From Penicillus capitatus (Eukaryota > Plantae > Chlorophyta), in NCBI GenBank assembly GCA_965649825.1, contig OZ287700.1, positions 992,001 through 1,056,000 on the forward strand: DNA of 64,000 bases, written 5' to 3'. The notes below the pieces were generated by a model that was not told the DNA's origin, ran no database searches, and saw only the letters and a program-made list of their open reading frames with translations. This document shows positions 23,636-35,105 of this stretch, one piece after another. Numbering within the stretch: the stretch's first letter is position 1; each line of letters opens with the position of its first letter. The position numbers and the translations under genes are program-made.

Positions 23636-24447
23636 GGGACCGCCGTGTCTTTCTTTACACACGTTATGCATCCAGACAAAAAACGACAAGGGTATTCAAA
23701 CTCTAATGGAATGATCAAAACGAACACTACACAACGCCGATGTATTCAGAATCACAACTCCTATTAACTGTGGTATTATTTCCAAAGAGACGCGACTGTT
23801 CGTCACGTTCAGTCGCTTCACGAATGAAGCAGCTGTGTCTCTTTGTGATGACGAACAGAGAGAGCATCAGACACGACACGTTACATCCGTCGCGTCAGAC
23901 GAGTCAAGCGAGACGGCGTTTTGCATCTCTACGAAGTTTTGTTAGAGAATCGCGGTGGTAACGGGACAGTGTTTGAAGTGCGTTAGATCGCGGACACAAG
24001 AAAGGATCAGGGAATCATTGTTAGAGCGTACGACTGTTCTTCTGTCGTCGTTATTGTATCTGTTGCGCTCACCGAGCCTATAACAATGATACCGCGCCTT
24101 TTGCGATGTGTATGTCTTACTATTGTTCATCTTCGTATCTGTCTCTCGGTCTGTCGGCGCAACAGTTCCTTGTCTTTTCATACCGACGGCGTGGTCCATG
24201 TATCGTGACTCAACTACTGCCTTCAACTTCTTCTTGGTAAAAAAGTAAACGATGAATGTGGAACGAACGACGGACGCCACGCAAACGAGTGTCGGTCAGT
24301 TAGTCGTCAAGTAGATGACACACGAATAACCGCAAGATGCACAGAATAACGCCACCTGTTAAGCTGACATAACAGTCGAGGGAGTTGGTTCCACGGAGAA
24401 AGCTGAGTCACAAAGAACAAACCGGTTCGTGTTGTTTTCGACCGACC

Positions 24448-27400
24448 ATGGTCGCGATGTTCCGTTTGTTTCTTCTCCTGTGTTTCCTGCTTCGCTGCTC
24501 CGTTCTCCTCGTCGCAGCCACGGCGACAACGCCGCATGGCAAAACCGTGGCAACAAAGACTAAAAATAACCAAGTAAGGATGGATACCGATGTCGACTTC
24601 CTGTCTTAGGCGTTCGCGCAGGAACGCGTTCACACTTCGCTGTCTTCTAAACGATCCCAGACGCGGCGTCTAACGCAAAGAGAAGAAGACACTCAGGCGA
24701 CGGTTACAGCAGAACGCAACTCAGTGAATGTAGACGGTACAGAGAGCAGGACCATACAAGAAGAATGTCATTGTTCGCTGTCTAGATTACGAATGCTCCC
24801 TGACAAGAACACAGCGAAGGAGCTACCTCAATGCCGCCAATCGCACTTGGCATGTCGACGACCGTGTCCTCGATGCCATTGACAACGATCTGCAGACCAT
24901 CGTCAACTGCACCGATCCAGGAGACACGTTGCTCTTCGATCTCAGCAAGACACTTCGTCCCGCAGCCCCGATCACCATTCCGTGGCATCTCACAATCAGC
25001 ACGCAGACAGACAGCACTCGAACAATCGATGGTATCTACCCCAGCACTGCAAAGAAGACGTCCATCACCTGCCCCAGCAGAAGAGAAGGCGTCTTTCGCG
25101 TGAGGTGATCGCTTCGGAGAAATCTCTGCTGGCATCGGTCACACATATGTTCTCTACGTAGGTCCAAGAGCGTCCTCCTGGCAAACCTCCAATTCGAAGG
25201 CTGCTCTCTCAGATCATCTGCATCAACTGGGGCAGTCGTGGAAGTCGCTGAATGCTCGTCGTCTGAGCGCGTTCGAAAAACGATACAGCTGCATCATGTG
25301 AGCTTCAGGGGTAACTCCCTGTTCGGGACTGTCGGTCTCCGAATGCAATCTCCGTCCTGCTCGACTCTGGAAATCGTCGATTTCGAATTCGAGAACAACA
25401 CATGCAGCGATCGATGCGGCGTCATCCTGTCAACCCGAAATCGGCTTCGAGATATCCGTGTGCGGCGCGTTCGGTTGTCGGGCTCCATGAACGCTCGGCC
25501 GGCCGTGTTCTATGCCCACACCGGATCACAGACTTCTGTCAAACGCATGGCTGCGGTTGCTAGCGAGTGGCCGCTTCTGTACATCCGAGGCGGCGACTTG
25601 GAGGTGTCAAACGCCACGTTCACTCGAAACACGTTCTCGAGTGGCTTCCCATTCAGTTCGTGCGTTCATCTGGAGCACGCAACGGCCACCCTCAAGGAGT
25701 GCCGCTTTCGAAACAACGCAGCCGAAAACGGAGCTGCTGTTACTGGATCGCACTCGAATGTGACACTGGCGAACAGTCGCTTCGAAAAGAATAAAGCAAA
25801 ACGTGGAGGAGCAGTGAACATCCGCGACGGCAGTTCGATCACCATCCGATCGTGCACCTTCACCTCGAATGAAGCTGAGGAAAACGCAGGCGTCTTGTCG
25901 GCTTCGGCATCCCACGTGCACATCCAGCAGTCCGATTTCGCCGAGAACTCGGCGGACTTCTCATCTGGGTGTCTGTATCTGAACGAATCGAGCACTCTCG
26001 AACTGCTGGACTCGACGTTTGACCGGAATCACGCCATTTACGCTGGTGCCATTGAAATGGATGAGTCGTCTGGAAATCTAACGTCCTGCGATTTCAGAAG
26101 CAACGTCGCCTTTGTCAATGGAGGCTCCCTGTTTGTCCAGAATGGAAGTCTCTCCTTACAAAACTGCCATCTCTTCAATGGATCTGCAGCAAACGGAGGT
26201 GGTGGCATCTATGCCATCGCCTCCAGAGTATCTACACGAGGCAGTCGCTTTTCCAACAATACTTCCGGCGAGAACGGCGGCGGCGTTGCATGTACAGACC
26301 ATTGCAAACTAGAAGAAGTGAATGCTACGTACTTGAATAACACTTCCAGATATGGAGGTGCCCTCTACCTGAAGCCGAACTCCACAGCGAACTTCGAAGA
26401 CTGTCGTTTCCGCAAGAACGTCGCGTTCAGATCGGGTGGAGCTGCGTATGTCGAGAACTCGACCTTCAATGCCAATGACTGCCAGTTCTCGAAGGGCAAC
26501 GCCAGCTACGGCGGATTCATTTTTGTTATAGGCGGCGAAATTAATGTCTTCAACGTGATTTTCAATCAGGCGTGGGCTGATTATGGCGGCTGTGTTCGAT
26601 CGGAAGAATACTCTGGAGTCATCATCCGAGACGCCCAGATGACATTGTGTCGATCGAATTCGACTGGAGGTGCCGCGGATCTGACAGCAAGCACTTACGG
26701 AATCATCCGCAACGTTCGCTTCTCGAATAACTCTGCGCGTGCGACTGGAGGCTCCTTGCGAGTGTCTATGACGAATATCAGTGTAAACCAATGTGACTTT
26801 GCTGATGGAAGCGCAGGATCCGGAGGGTTTGTCTACTCTTGTTGCTCATCTCGGCTGTACTTGAATGACGTGATCATGAAGAACAGCAGTGCCGGAACCA
26901 GTGGCGGCGGTCTGTACGCAACATCAGGGACCGTCATTGCCAGAAATGTTTCTGTGCAAAACGCCACTGCTTCGTGGTCTGGAGGTGGTATCTATCTCTA
27001 CAGTACAGTGACGGAACTTGACACCGTCGAGATTCTTTCGAGTATTGCTAATAATGGCGGCGCAGTCTACATGAGCGACACCAATGTGACGGCACATCGA
27101 TGGACACTGAAGAATAATTTCGCAGCGAATTATGGAGGAGCTGTGAACATGGCGGAGTCCAACTTCACGGGACGAGAATTGGAGTTAGACGGAAACAACG
27201 CCATCCTTCGAGCGGGTGGCGTGTACGCGTCAGAATCCAGTCTGCACCTCGAAGACTCGATGATCAGAAACAGCGTGGCTGAGTTCGGAGGAGCGGTGAA
27301 CCTTCCAGTCAATAGCACTGGGGTCTTTGTCAACGTGACATTTGAAGACACATCTGCATCGTTCGGTGGTGGATCCGCGTATATCGCAGAGTCGAACACC

Positions 27401-30400
27401 ACTTTCGATGGATGCGTGTTCCGGAGAGGCGTTACGGCTCAGTACGGTGGACTCTTGTACTTCTGGAAAGCCGCATATGCCAACATCAGCAATTCGGTGA
27501 TGACAAACGGATCTGCAGAAACGGGTGGTTGTTTGTACAGTGTTGGCACGACACTCGCACTCCGGAACGCGACGATGCGTGGATGTCGAGCCAGAAACTC
27601 AGGGGGAGGCATTTTCACGGATCTTGCGTCCACAGCGGTGATCGCCAATTCAAGCTTCCTGTCAAACAGGGCAGACTTCGGTGGCGCTATGTACACAGTC
27701 AGATCAATGATCCATGGGGTTGAATCGGTCTGGAGGGGCAATGTCGCCAATGAATCGGGTGGCGGTATTTACACCGAGAAATCACCTACCGTGAACATAT
27801 CCGACTCCCTCTTCGAAAGCAATTCTGCTAGAAATGGAGGGGGCGTCCTGCAGTTTGAAGACATCTTGACGGGATACGTGAATGTTACCTTCAGGGCGAA
27901 TCAGGCATCGACCACCGGAGGATCTTTTTTCTCGACAAAATCCGTCACCCGACTGCGTCAGTGTATGTTTGTGGACGGCGTTGCCGAGAACGGAGGTCTT
28001 TTCAATTCCTGGAGAGACTTTCGCATGCAGGTCATTGACTCGGTCTTTGTCAACGGCACTGCACGGGAGGGAGGATGTGTGAGAGGCGACAGGGGTAACC
28101 TCACCATCTGGAATGCAACCATCCGAGGCTGCTCCGCTTCGAAGACGGGCGGAGCATTAACATTCGTAGACTCGGCAATGGGCGAGATGGCGGATTCGGA
28201 GATCGTGGGGAATCACGCGAGTGAGGATGGAGGTGCCATTCACGTATCTAACAGCAGCATCTTTATCCGTGGAATGACCCTTGAGAACAATACCGCCAGT
28301 GACAATGGAGGCGCCATCTCTTCCGTGGACGACGGCATCGTGAACATTGCCGATTCACAGTTTCGCAACAATGACGCCCAGTCTGGAGGGGCCATCGATT
28401 TGGTCAATTCTACCGCAGCGATCGCCAGTGTCACGTTCGCTGACAACTCTGCCTTACTGAAAGGCGGAGATTGTCGCCTTCAGTATTCGGTCTTGGACTT
28501 GGAGTCTGGTCGATTGCGCCGAAGTGCTGCGGAAGAAGGTGGTAGCTTCTTCGTTTCTGTGTCGAAGCTGAAGGTCGTGGATTCGGAGTTTAAGAATGGA
28601 AGGGCATTGGTGCAAGGCGGCTTCGTTTCCGCTCAGAGACAGAGCTCTGTCGTCATGAAACGGTCGTCGATGGTTGACGGCAGATCGAACGACGGAGGGG
28701 CCGTCGTGCTGTCCCACTCCGATCTCAAGGCCCAAGATGTCGAGATCGTGCAGTGTTCCGCAGACGGAGATGGGGGTGGCGTTCTGAGCGGCAACTCCTC
28801 GCGAGTTCTGTGCATCGACTGCGTGCTGGAGAGCAACGTGGCGACGCGTGGTGCTGGTCTCTTTGCCAGATACAACGATCCCCATGCGCTTGCCGTACAG
28901 CTGGAAGGTAGCACTGTACGCAACAACGAAGCCAAGTTTGGAGGCATGGTGCCAAAGACGCCGTTCGTCTGCTGCTGACATTGTGTGTTTGTGCAGGGGG
29001 ACTGCACGTCGCCCGTTTCACAGAGTCTGCGGCAGCCAACTGCTCGAGCAAGGAAGACGAGTGCGGTGCCGTGGCCTTGTCGAATGCGTCCTTCGTGGAG
29101 AACAACGCAGAAATCGCAGGAGGGGCTGTCTTCACCGACAGCCTCGCCATCGTTCGAAGCAGCTGCTCCCAGAAGCCGAGACAAGACCAGCTCGAGTTCC
29201 GTCCGAAGAACCAGTGGAGATCCATGGATGTCCTCACATCCCTCGACGACATCTGTTCGCCGTGGACGGGAAACAAAGCCAACAGATATGGACCAGATGT
29301 TGCGACGTACGCCACCGAAGTGAAAGGCAATGTGAATCGCGGCGAGAAGACGGACGCCGTCTCCGTAGAGGGACACCATTTCACCGTGCAGAACCACACG
29401 AGTGGGACGCCGCTGCCCACCATTTCCCTCACGGCCGTCGATCTTCTCGGCCAAGGACCAGCTGTAGGGAAGGGCAACAAAGACATCGTGGCTACCATGT
29501 CGTCTCCTGACGCATTCTTCGCCGGAAGCACAAGCATGCTCCTGAATGCCGATGACGTGAACGTCAGCGCCACGGGATTCGTCTCGCCTGGGACGTACAA
29601 GGTGGTTGTCGTCTTCGGAGATGAGGATTTGGAGAACCTGGAGATCGAAGTCGAAGTGAAAAAGTGTTCTGTCGGCGAAGTGCCTTCAGGAAACGGAACA
29701 TTCTGTGAAGCGTGCAGTGCGTCGACATTCAGTTTCCGTCCGGAAGACGACCTCCACTGCCATCCCTGTCCCGACAACGCCAACTGCGAGTCCAGAACGA
29801 TCCAGCCTCACAAGGGATACTGGCATCGGACTCCATGCTCTGAACACATCCAGAGATGCCTCACTTCCGAAGCCTGTGACTTCAAACATCGCGATCGTGA
29901 CTTGAACGAAGCCACTGTGGATGTCGAGACCTGCGACTTCGACGAGGACTACATCAGGGACTACACCGATGCCCAGTGCAGAGAGGTGATTGCCTGGATC
30001 GTTGTCGGTTCTTGGATCGATGAGGTAATCTGTTTGGCAGGGACACGAGGGACCGCTCTGTGGCACGTGCAAGGAATCGTATGGTCGATCGCATTCTCTC
30101 CTCTGCCAGGAGTGCTTTTCGGGCTTTGGAAACTTCGTCTTGGTCTTTCTTTCGTTTCTTGTTCTGATGGCGTTGTGCAGTATCACGATCCGTAGCAACC
30201 TAATCTCGACGACTTTGCAGCAGGGGAGGCAATTGGTGCCCAGAGAACAGCCGCCGCCAGAAATGGCTGCCTCCATCAGCAATCCTTCTGTCGTCGTCAA
30301 CGAACAGATGGTTGAGATGATGATCACGGGCCACGTTCCGAAAGAGATACTCCATCCAGGACAGAGAACGCCGACCCCTCTAGATCGGCCAGCTGAGGAC

Positions 30401-31647
30401 ACCGAGCTTGCAAAGTGGAAGGCCGTTGAGGTCTTCAAGGTAGAGAGATCTCAGACCTCCTGCTGTATCAGCGTCGGTGTCCTGCAGATCACCGTCAACT
30501 ATCTTCAAGTAACGGCTGTTGCCGTCGCCATCAATGCAAAATGGAGCCTGGCTCTGATTGCTCTGTTCGAGACGGCAGGTAAGACGCGAACAGCTTGGCG
30601 ACGACACGGACAATACCTGTGTGTGGTTTGCTAGAGTTCATTAGCGGCATCACATCTGAATCTGTGACGCGTTCAGTGGACTGTCTGGTTCCGTCGGGAT
30701 CTTCGGTGGAGCGATCTATCGCCAGCGTACTGATCGATGTCGGACAACCCCTCGCAGCCATTCTTGTTTTCGCCGTCATCTGGCTGGTGATCCAGATACA
30801 TCACAAGGAGACGTCGATATACCTCCTGAAGAAAGTCATCCTCAGCGCGCTTGTCGTTTTCTACATCAGCTACATCTCTCTGAGCAAGACCCTTGTCAAT
30901 ATCCTCAACTGCATCGAAGTCCACGATTCCACACTGGTCGAATTTGACACCGTGACAGACTACTGGGCCATGGATACCGGCATCGTCTGCTACGAAGGAT
31001 CTCATGCACTGCTGGTCGGTCTCTTGGGGTGGCCCTTCCTCATCTTCTTCACGTTTGGCTTTCCCTTAGCCGTGGCCTACCTCATCGTCAAGAACATCTC
31101 GGAGGATTTCAAGGAGGGCTGGATCTATGAGACATCGGGTTTTCTGTATCGCTCCTATCGTAAGAGGTATGTCTTCTGGGAATCTGTCATCATGCTTCGC
31201 AAAGCCGTCCTTGCCGTCGTCGTCGTTTTTTCTTACCCACTGGGCGCCAACCTGCAACAGGTTCTCAGTGTGCTTGTCTTGGTCCTCGCTCTCTACTCTC
31301 AGATGATCTGCCGTCCCTACCGTCCAGAATTCGATCGACTGAACGAAATGGAGAGCGTTTCTATTCTGATCTCCCTGTTGACATTTGTCTCGAGTATTTT
31401 CTACGACGACGAACGCGTTTCCTATTCTGCTCGTGTGCTCGTCACGATCGTCATCGCATTCTGCAACATTGCACTGTTTATGAGTCTCCTCATTGTCTTT
31501 TTCATTTTCCTTTCAAAGTACCTCAAAACTGTATTGAGCACAGAGGGCGTCTTTCCTGATCCTGAGACTAAGCCGTGCTCTGTGTTTTGGTTTTATTTTC
31601 TCCATCGTGTTGTTAGGCCGATCAAAGCTGCGATCTTTGGTTCCTAA
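24448..31647 (+). CDS. Pmp-repeat beta-helix + Cys-rich + about 9-TM receptor-like protein 2
   Basis: Signal peptide MVAMFRLFLLLCFLLRCSVLLVAATA. The N-domain (DNDLQTIVNCTDPGDTLLFD..TIPWHLTIS) is homologous to gene 1. A 1246-codon ORF (25238-28978) has about 40 GGx(I/V/L)/FxxN turns. CSVGEVP..CEAC..CP.NANC..GYWHRTPCS. TM region GFLYRSYRKRYVFWESVIMLRKA and PYRPEFDRLNEMESVS. TAA at 31645-31647. Confidence 0.92.
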
Positions 31648-32257
31648 CGTGGTCCGCATAAGACTGCTTTTGAACTTGTGAAACCTTAATAATGAACATT
31701 GCTGACGGACTCTCTAAGGTTACGAACTTTTGTTGGTGCCCATATGATCTTAATAATGCCTCCGTGGCTTGCATGTTTTATTGGTCCTTGTTTGTTTCCT
31801 TACGAAAAACGCCATTCAACAGAAGAATTAGTCTATGTTGCGACAGGAAATGTGATTCCTGTCTGATAACGAACAAATGACAGCTGTAAGGGTTTCCTTT
31901 GTTAAATCTTTGTTCTCGGACAACGAACGGAGAGACCACCTGACAGCTGACGGATCGCTGCACTTAGGGTAAGCGAGCAAAAAATGCGTGACTTGCATAG
32001 CATCCTTGTTTCTACCGTCATTCACTTTTCCTCTGCCGCCACCATACGGAGGGCTGCTTCGAAATCTGAAGCCGTTTTAGTATCCGATCACTCATGGCGT
32101 CTCATACTTTCATTTCCAGTGTCAGATGAGAATGGAGGAAGCATGGGATCTTCGAAAACGAGCTTCCCCTTTCTCTCTGATATCGAGATTGCTCTTCTCT
32201 TGTTGATCTACTAGAATGCTTGGCGACCATCAAGGTAAGTAGATCAATGAATGTTGT

Positions 32258-33007
32258 CTAAACATCAAGAATGAACAAGGGTCTGGGACAGAAGTCACTT
32301 TTCAGAACGGATGCAGACCTGACTCCGGTCTGTGACTCTATGCGGAAGTTGTGCCCTTTGTCTGTGTTACACAGCAAAGTACATTGGCTCCGTTTGCTCT
32401 GCGAATGCAATCTCTCATCCGTCTCTAAACTTCGGACAATGTCTCCTTGAGTAGTGAAGTCGACCTTCGCGCTGCGTATCTTCAAGTGTAACTCATGTTC
32501 GTCGTGGCCCTTGTCGTACGGGAGCGAGAGACAAATATATCAACGGTCTCTGGAATTCACGGTTCCATGTACCAATTCCGTACGCTTTGCCGTCAACGAC
32601 CTCTGAAGAGATGACGACCGACCCTTTCAGCGTACTCCCGTAAATCGCGCTCGCTGCTTCAGAGTCAGCGAACGCGGCGCTCCCTTCTCCCTTTTCGATT
32701 TCTCCTTGCGTGAACTCTCTTCAGCCAAATCTGACATCTATTCGCCTTACTTTGACCACAGCGACAATTCAGAGCGCGTATACTGCCTACAGCGTCCAAC
32801 GACAATTTCGCGAGTCTCAACGGTTCCATGTACTGTCGGTGCGATTGGCTTGCCTGTTTTAGTTTCCGGTCGGACACCGTGACAGGATTTCTCTTCATGT
32901 GTGCATCCATCACTAATCGATGTGCGAGAAGCTCTGCACTTTATCCAGTGAGGAAATGGTACTAGTATGAGACCACCCTCTAAACAAAATGTGTCCTGAA
33001 ATATCAC
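32258..33007 (-). CDS. Possible multi-exon hypothetical gene
   Basis: Protein-like minus frames (EFTQGEIEKGEGSAAFADSEAASAIYGSTLKGSVVISSEVVDGKAYG; HELHLKIRSAKVDFTTQGDIVRSLE). I could not build a consistent splice model. Confidence 0.3.
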
Positions 33008-34320
33008 TCACACGCGTGACACAGATGAACGTCAATGTCCTGTAAGATCTATTACATTCACACTTTCACTGTCCTCGTTTCTCTCCGTCGCAGCTACCGT
33101 GTCGAAATGAAGGCAGGTATCAGCCGCAACGATTCATTTAGGGTTGTCAACATTGCCATGCCACTTTCCTATTAAAGTGTTCTACTACAGCTTAACTCTT
33201 CTAGGATGTTAGATCTCGGATGAAAGGATATTCGGAGGTAATACTTCTATTTGCCGCGATCGCTGCGCAATGCTGAAACACAGTCTTCATCGGGCAAACA
33301 CCACGCCATCGACCCGAACCTTGAATGACAGAACACTGATCTGTAAACGATTACTCTCGTCCACGCGTCGCACATCTTCTATCGTGTACCGCGCACACGT
33401 CCGAGCAGCATGCTCGGCAGGCCACGTTCCAGATCACATCTGGAATCATCCGCAGTCCCGAGAACACACAGGCACCTTAGATGGCCAGAACCTGCCTCAC
33501 AAAGATGGATACTTCAAGGTTCTCATGCCCCTCACGGCAGACTTCTCTCGTCAGGAAAGCGGAACTTCTGGCCTCTGCGATGACGAGTGTGGCGCATGCC
33601 TTGCCGGTGCTGTCGTTGACACCTCCTAGTCGCCAAGGCATCTTCGGAATTCTCCTCCTGACTCCGAACTGTCAGCCAATTACTCTCTGGCGGCGGCATG
33701 CTCATCAAGGGCGACTCAGGGATGCGAACCTCGCAAGAGAGTTCTGCGGCCCGGATGCAAAACTCACTTGGCCTCCGCAGACGTTCGTCTGGATGCGCAG
33801 ACGACGTCAGCAGGACTGCTCCGTGTCGTGACGATTCGGCACACGGTTCCCCTGATCTGTCGGCCGATGCGTCCGTCATGCAACCGGTCAGGGACCCCAT
33901 CCCAGGCATCTGCAGACCGTTTAACGGCAACCGAGGCGGCTTCCAGTTGATCTGCCCATTGCGTTTATTCGCGTTCTCGTCTCCAGGTTCTCGTTTCCTT
34001 CAGCGACGAAGTTCAAGAAGATGGATTCCCGCTCCAACAACCAAGGCGGCGCTAACCCATGGGACAAGTAAGTCATTCTCCTCGTTGCCGCCGCCGACGC
34101 AACGCGCCACTGCGGTTTCGCAGCAACCCGTCGCGTTTCCGTGTTCTCGCGCGTTCTGTGCGAGTCGCTGGCCGTTCTGGCTGTCGCATGAACGAAAACG
34201 GAGCCGCCTTTCCTGTCGTTCTGCTTACGACATCTCTTTTCGTGCATCATTACCTACAGCCGCCGCCATATCTGCGAACAATTACTGAGTCTTCTGTGTT
34301 GTTTGCTTCTTCAAAACAGG

Positions 34321-34820
34321 ATGGAAGAAGCCCTCAATACATTTTACGGCTTCAAGAACATGTCGCCGTCGGAGAAGGAGGCATTCCACCGGGCACTGAG
34401 GACGAAGACGCCCGCACAGATGGCAGTGAGGGACGAAGAGTCCAGCGCCCGGTTTGGCAGTCCTGCCGGCCAAACCGGGCCGCAAACATCGAGCAGGTGC
34501 CCCCACGGCCCTTCCGAACGGGCAAGGCAGTCTTATACCGGGAATGGGGGCGCCGAGGTAAGACTCTCCTCTGTTGTTTGGCTCCCTTTACGACGTGTCT
34601 TCTTTGCAGGCCAATCCCTCGCCGCCATCTCAACAGCCGCCACAATCAGGAGCCGCCGCATCCGGGTGCTCGGAACCCGATGTTGATGAAGATGCAATGG
34701 AATGGGAGGAAGCTCCATCGCCCTTGACAGCGGGCTACGTTGGATGCGACTCCCTAATGTACTGTCAAACGTTACAATTCGTAAGTTTTTGCTTTGCTTT
34801 TCTCTTTTTGACCCTTTCAT
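34321..34820 (+). CDS. Small spliced low-complexity protein (MEEALNTFYGFKNMSPSEKEAFHRALRTK...), possibly TE-associated; may have upstream exons
   Basis: Acceptor AAACAG just before the ATG at 34321. A clear intron GTAAGAC...TTTGCAG lies at about 34558-34610. Downstream exon ANPSPPSQQPP..DVDEDAMEWEE. Confidence 0.4.
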
Positions 34821-34904
34821 CTGTTTGTTTAGTTCATTGGGTGGGAAATTCCGCCGGTTAACGCGCCCTCATCTCCTTTGTTTTATTAGTGTTTTCGCAT
34901 TGTT

Positions 34905-35105
34905 AGAAAAAATAAAAAATCAAAAAAAAAATAAAGGAAAAAAATAAAAAGAAGAAAAAAATAAAAAAAATCAAAAATCTCACACTTCGTAAAGTGTGAT
35001 GAATAGAATAAATAATCTTCTGTTTTGAAAGAATAAAAAATAAGAAGAATCGAAAATTCAAAAAAATATAAATCTCACACATTTTAAAGTGTGATGAATA
35101 GAACC
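34905..35105 (+). repeat. A-rich tract with two direct copies of a hairpin module (AAATCTCACAC-N5-AAAGTGTGATGAATAGAA)
   Basis: Hairpin TCACACTT-CGTA-AAGTGTGA at 34980-34999 and TCACAC..GTGTGA at 35075-35094 (95-bp period). Each is preceded by A-runs. Confidence 0.75.

Noticed and set aside
28633-30438. Long antisense ORFs (28633-29454, 28725-29783, 29686-30438) and similar ones over CHLD and the stalk exon
   Set aside because: They are shadows of GC-rich sense coding exons and show no recognisable motifs.
32559-32833. Shared 14-mer ACGGTTCCATGTAC at 32559 and 32820 (GTACATGGAACCGT on minus, donor-like)
   Set aside because: It could be two related intron 5' ends, but I could not build a consistent splice model and the similarity does not extend.
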